A stretch of DNA of 51,565 nt, from NCBI GenBank assembly GCA_903840505.1, contig CAIMGI010000082.1, positions 1 to 51,565 of the forward strand. Reading direction: 5' to 3'. This document shows, in pieces, positions 48,365 through 51,565 of the stretch. This DNA is from an uncultured Bacteroidota bacterium (GTDB taxonomy: Bacteria > Bacteroidota > Bacteroidia > UBA4408). The position numbers were made by a program, and so were the translations under genes. The notes beneath the pieces were generated by a model. That model saw nothing but the letters and a program-made list of their open reading frames with translations. It did not search any database and was not told the DNA's origin. Positions within the stretch are counted from its first letter, which is position 1; every line of letters begins with the position of its first letter.

Positions 48365-49216
48365 ATGAAAAAATATACAGTTATCTTTCGAAATGCCATA
48401 GCCATAGCATTGTTCACAGTTGTTTTTTATGGCTGTAAAAAAGAAGAAAAGCTTGAGAGCAGTGATACCGAATCTTCCAGCGATCACTCTTTGGCAGAAG
48501 CTGCCTTCAATGATGTGGCGAACATTGCCGATGAAGCTGCCGACAGTGGAGTAGTGAGTAGTTATAAGCGTCAAAACTCCAACCAAGTATTAAGTGTTTT
48601 AAGTAATTGTGCTATGGTTACCAGGGATACGGTTTCAAATCCACACCTCATAACAGTTGATTTTGGTATCAATAATTGTGTTGGAGCCGATGGTAAAAAC
48701 AGAAGAGGTAAAATACTGATTAGTTATACAGGTAAGTATAAAGATGCGGGAACTGTGATACATATTTCGTTTGATAATTATTTTGTGAATGATAATCAGC
48801 TGGCAGGTACTAAAACAATTACCAACAATGGATTGAATGCTGCAGGCCATATAAGCTATTCGATTAAAGTAGACGGGAATATAATATTGGCAAATAATGG
48901 AGGTGTAATTACTTGGGTTTCCGATCGAACAAGGGAATGGTTGGAGGGTTATGCCACAGATGACAGAAAGGATGATGTGTATTCTATTACAGGCAATGGC
49001 AGTGGTGTCAGTGCGAGAGGAATAAGCTATACGGCACTCATCATTAATCCATTAATTAAGAAAATGGCATCGGGATGTAAGCATTTTGTAAGTGGAAGCA
49101 TTGAAATAACTCCAAAAGGAAAACTTACCCGCACCATCGATTTTGGTGGAGGAGGCTGTGACGATGAGGCAACGGTAACAGTTGGTAAAAGTACACGTAC
49201 CATTACATTAAAGTAA
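48365..49216 (+). CDS. Hypothetical lipoprotein, paralog 3 of 3
   Basis: Lipobox FYGC-KKEE; 283 aa; shared NPH.IT.DFG, F.NYFVNDNQ..GTKT.TNNG, ILANNGG.I.W, DDVYSITG and RTITL motifs. Confidence 0.85.
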   Translation: MKKYTVIFRNAIAIALFTVVFYGCKKEEKLESSDTESSSDHSLAEAAFNDVANIADEAADSGVVSSYKRQNSNQVLSVLSNCAMVTRDTVSNPHLITVDFGINNCVGADGKNRRGKILISYTGKYKDAGTVIHISFDNYFVNDNQLAGTKTITNNGLNAAGHISYSIKVDGNIILANNGGVITWVSDRTREWLEGYATDDRKDDVYSITGNGSGVSARGISYTALIINPLIKKMASGCKHFVSGSIEITPKGKLTRTIDFGGGGCDDEATVTVGKSTRTITLK

Positions 49217-49264
49217 GGGTAGCAAGCCTTTTAAAATAGTCATTTTGCTATAATGCATTAAAAT

Positions 49265-49294
49265 TTTGCATTTTTAAATTTTTCATTACTTTTG
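49265..49294 (+). promoter_or_regulatory. tRNA operon promoter (TTTG ... TACTTTTG)
   Basis: -33-like TTTG at 49265-49268 and exact -7 TAnnTTTG at 49287-49294, 14 nt before tRNA-Gly. Confidence 0.7.
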
Positions 49295-49308
49295 CAGTCC
49301 TTAAATAA

Positions 49309-49381
49309 GCGAAAGTAGCTCAGTTGGTAGAGCGCCACCTTGCCAAGGTGGAGGTCGCGAGTTCGAACCTCGTCTTTCGCT
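49309..49381 (+). tRNA. tRNA-Gly (GCC)
   Basis: Acceptor stem GCGAAAG/CTTTCGC, D-arm AGCTCAGTTGGTAGAGC, anticodon arm CCACC-TTGCCAA-GGTGG, T-loop GTTCGAAC. CCA not encoded. Confidence 0.97.
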
Positions 49382-49409
49382 CTTTTATAGTTCTTTTTTT
49401 AGTACGATT

Positions 49410-49494
49410 GCCCAGGTGGTGGAACTGGTAGACACGCAGGACTTAAAATCCTGTGGACATTGCGTCCGTATCGGTTCGATTCCGATCCCGGGTA
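49410..49494 (+). tRNA. tRNA-Leu (TAA)
   Basis: GCCCAGG start, D-loop GGAACTGGTAGAC, anticodon arm CAGGA-CTTAAAA-TCCTG, long variable arm, T-arm ATCGG-TTCGATT-CCGAT, discriminator A. CCA not encoded. Confidence 0.95.
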
Positions 49495-49538
49495 CTAGCC
49501 GAAAACCACTGTAAACAGGGGCGTTTTCGGCAAATATC

Positions 49539-49577
49539 ACTAAAAAAGCCTTCCGGTTTTCGGGAGGCTTTTTTAGT
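49539..49577. terminator. Bidirectional intrinsic terminator between the tRNAs and the integrase
   Basis: ACTAAAAAAGCCTTCCG-GTTTT-CGGGAGGCTTTTTTAGT. Confidence 0.88.
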
Positions 49578-49602
49578 TAAGGTGCGGAATTAAGGTGCGG
49601 AA
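49577..49602. repeat. Tandem direct repeat TTAAGGTGCGGAA x2 (candidate integrase arm-type sites)
   Basis: Two perfect adjacent 13-bp copies, 3 bp from the integrase stop codon. Confidence 0.8.
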
Positions 49603-49605
49603 TTT

Positions 49606-50916
49606 TCAACTTTTGGTCTTATCCTCCTCTCCAAATACACTAAAATCAGTGAGATTTGCAGCTATAAATTCCTCAGCTATATAGGAGTCTTTTAACACTT
49701 GGTCGTCACTATGACCTGTGAATAATTTTGTGTCTTTTCCCAGCCTCATCGAAAGTTGAGTAATGTACGTTTTCCTTAAATCCTTAAACTCGATTTTTCT
49801 GTCTGTTACGAACTTAATGAAGTGAGCAAAACCACGAGAGATATTATCGAGCATATTTTTGATGTCTCTACTTTCTTCTCGTTCCAAAAGAAAACCCGAT
49901 GTGCCTTTTTTCTTTCCATAGCCAAGTTCCATCAGCAATGCTAATAATCCTTTTGTAACAGGAACAGGTTTTACAAACTTTCCTAAATCTTTGCCAAACA
50001 TCCTCCGATTATTCTTTAAGTTGTTTACATCAATAATCAAACATACTTTTCCTTGATGGTTTATCTCTCTAATATGTTCCCATTGAAGCATTACAATTTC
50101 CTCCCTTCGTAAACCTGTTTCCAACCCAATTTTAAAAGCAGTTGTGAGCCAAGGATAATATCTGCTTCTCTTTTTGCCGGAAGAATCAATGTAAGTTCCA
50201 TTTAAAATCGTAGTGGCTTCAATCAAGTGGTCGAATTCCACTTTGGTAATTGGATTCTTTTTGCGCTTTGCAAATTGAAGTGATATGTGCATAAAAGCAT
50301 TATTGATTTTATAGTCCTTCTTTTCAATTATCCAATTGATAAAAGCTTTCATTAAAACAAAATGTTTGGAATAGGTAGTCTCTCCTACCTTTAGTGCTGT
50401 TACATAAAAATGGAAAATCTCAACTATATCGTCATTTATATCTTTTGCATCAAGTACTTCCGGCTTGTATCCCTTTTTTTTGATGGCATCGCAAAATCGT
50501 AAGAAAACCTTTTTGTATTCTCCTATATGGTCATCACTAAGTTTTTTAACCAAATGTGCGTGTGAACCATTACCCGAAATGTAGTTTAAATATTCTGCCA
50601 TAAATCCGGCAACAGAAGTGTTCATCGTTTTCATTTTGACTACAGTTTTGTGAAAGCCTTGTTGCTTCAGTTCTTCTTTAAATGCTACCATTTCAATAAG
50701 AGCATCATCAAAGCTATCCGCTTTCGCAAGTCGAAAAATTTTACCCTTACTGGTATTTGGTATATGAACGATAAACATATACTTGTGTTTCTCTTTGTGC
50801 TGACAAGTACTTATACCTTTGCCAGTCATTTTACAAACATCGTTAATCATCCAAGTACATTTTAAACACTTGATTTTTATTCCACAACGGGAATATTTTG
50901 CAGGGATTTTTTTCAC
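49606..50916 (-). CDS. Tyrosine recombinase/integrase
   Basis: Box I TGLRREEI, SAM-like core-binding region (TYSKHFVLMKAFINW), box II FKDLRKTY, TGHS and KDSY; GTG start overlapping the upstream TGA. Confidence 0.88.
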   Translation of the reverse strand: MKKIPAKYSRCGIKIKCLKCTWMINDVCKMTGKGISTCQHKEKHKYMFIVHIPNTSKGKIFRLAKADSFDDALIEMVAFKEELKQQGFHKTVVKMKTMNTSVAGFMAEYLNYISGNGSHAHLVKKLSDDHIGEYKKVFLRFCDAIKKKGYKPEVLDAKDINDDIVEIFHFYVTALKVGETTYSKHFVLMKAFINWIIEKKDYKINNAFMHISLQFAKRKKNPITKVEFDHLIEATTILNGTYIDSSGKKRSRYYPWLTTAFKIGLETGLRREEIVMLQWEHIREINHQGKVCLIIDVNNLKNNRRMFGKDLGKFVKPVPVTKGLLALLMELGYGKKKGTSGFLLEREESRDIKNMLDNISRGFAHFIKFVTDRKIEFKDLRKTYITQLSMRLGKDTKLFTGHSDDQVLKDSYIAEEFIAANLTDFSVFGEEDKTKS

Positions 50917-51314
50917 GCAGCTTTTAGTTTTTTAATAAAGTCATCGGCAGCTTTGCTGTTTTTCTTCACTTTGAATTTGATTGAGCTGTCTTTATCTAGT
51001 GGAGCATTTATTAATTTGGACAAATTCGTTTTGTCGTCATTATTTATTGCCTTCAAAATTTCATCGGGATTTTTGTAGTTTGCTTTTATGAATTGCTCTA
51101 ATTTTTGATTGATGAACATATCAATGAAACTGTTTAGGGTGTAAGTTTTCTTTCCTATATGAATTAAGGGTACTTTATTTTTTTTGCACCAAGTTTCAAT
51201 TGACCTTTCGTCCACATAACCCAAAAGGTCTATCAAGTCTTTTATCTCAATGAGCTTACTCATCATATTTTTTCGGGATTCATTACTTTCTACTACTTCT
51301 TCTTTATTTTCCAT
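50913..51314 (-). CDS. Hypothetical DNA-binding protein with excisionase-like HTH
   Basis: LIEIKDLIDLLGYVDERSIETWCKKNKVPLIHIGKKTY resembles HTH_17/Xis; ATG 51314 lies 25 nt after a TATATTTG motif (51340-51347, minus). Confidence 0.65.
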   Translation of the reverse strand: MENKEEVVESNESRKNMMSKLIEIKDLIDLLGYVDERSIETWCKKNKVPLIHIGKKTYTLNSFIDMFINQKLEQFIKANYKNPDEILKAINNDDKTNLSKLINAPLDKDSSIKFKVKKNSKAADDFIKKLKAA

Positions 51315-51565
51315 TTTTCTATTTTTCTTTTCCGTATTACAAATATAGCAATTTGTATGCCACAATATAATGATAATCAATTAATTATAAAAATATAGTT
51401 CGCTATCTCTATTTTTAATTGCTGTAAAATTCGGGACTTTATAGAACTGCCTGACCTTAGTTTTTAGTATTATGAAGAACTGTTTAGTATTGTTGAATAA
51501 TTTACAACATCATAAAAATTATCACCTTTTTTTCAGGACGAGACAGAGAACTTTTTTTACGATAC

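Larger units (their letters stand above)
49495..51565 (-). mobile_element. Left border of a probable integrative element or genomic island inserted at tRNA-Leu (runs off the window)
   Basis: Tyrosine integrase ends 111 bp from the tRNA 3' end and points toward it; tandem 13-bp repeats lie in between; an Xis-like HTH gene is upstream of int. The second att site is not in the window. Confidence 0.75.

Noticed and set aside
51381-51565. Imperfect hairpin (about 51383-51420) and TTTAGTATT direct repeat (51463, 51483) as ncRNA or operator
   Set aside because: They are short, AT-rich and compatible with chance; the context is truncated by the window end.

Overview
AT-rich chromosomal window from a Bacteroidota bacterium. 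The assignment rests on TAnnTTTG -7 promoter motifs, signal peptides followed by Gln, and lipoproteins with Cys-Lys-Lys/acidic N-termini. Most of the window is housekeeping and envelope genes: a biotin carboxylase 3' fragment, a THUMP RNA methyltransferase, a sugar MFS transporter, parAB, pcm, a polyprenyl-phosphate sugar transferase, hbd, a GT4, a PorE-like OmpA protein, SUI1, pheT, pseI, gyrA, clpC, ndk, thyA and folA. The right end holds tRNA-Gly(GCC) and tRNA-Leu(TAA), followed by the border of a probable integrative element (arm-type repeats, an atypical tyrosine integrase, an Xis-like HTH gene). The most notable unexplained items are: (1) a three-gene module at 3863-8343 (lipoprotein, small Cys-containing secreted protein, and a TerB-like/FHA-like/ABCG-topology transporter); (2) a phage-baseplate-like peptide fused in frame to the biotin carboxylase fragment at the window start, probably a chimera; (3) a secreted protein with a very long Ala/Lys/Asp repeat and an unrecognised C-terminal domain; (4) three tandem paralogous Cys-containing lipoproteins; (5) an integrase with a Cys/His-rich N-terminus and KxxR in place of HxxR. 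All family assignments come from motif recognition by eye; no database searches were run.
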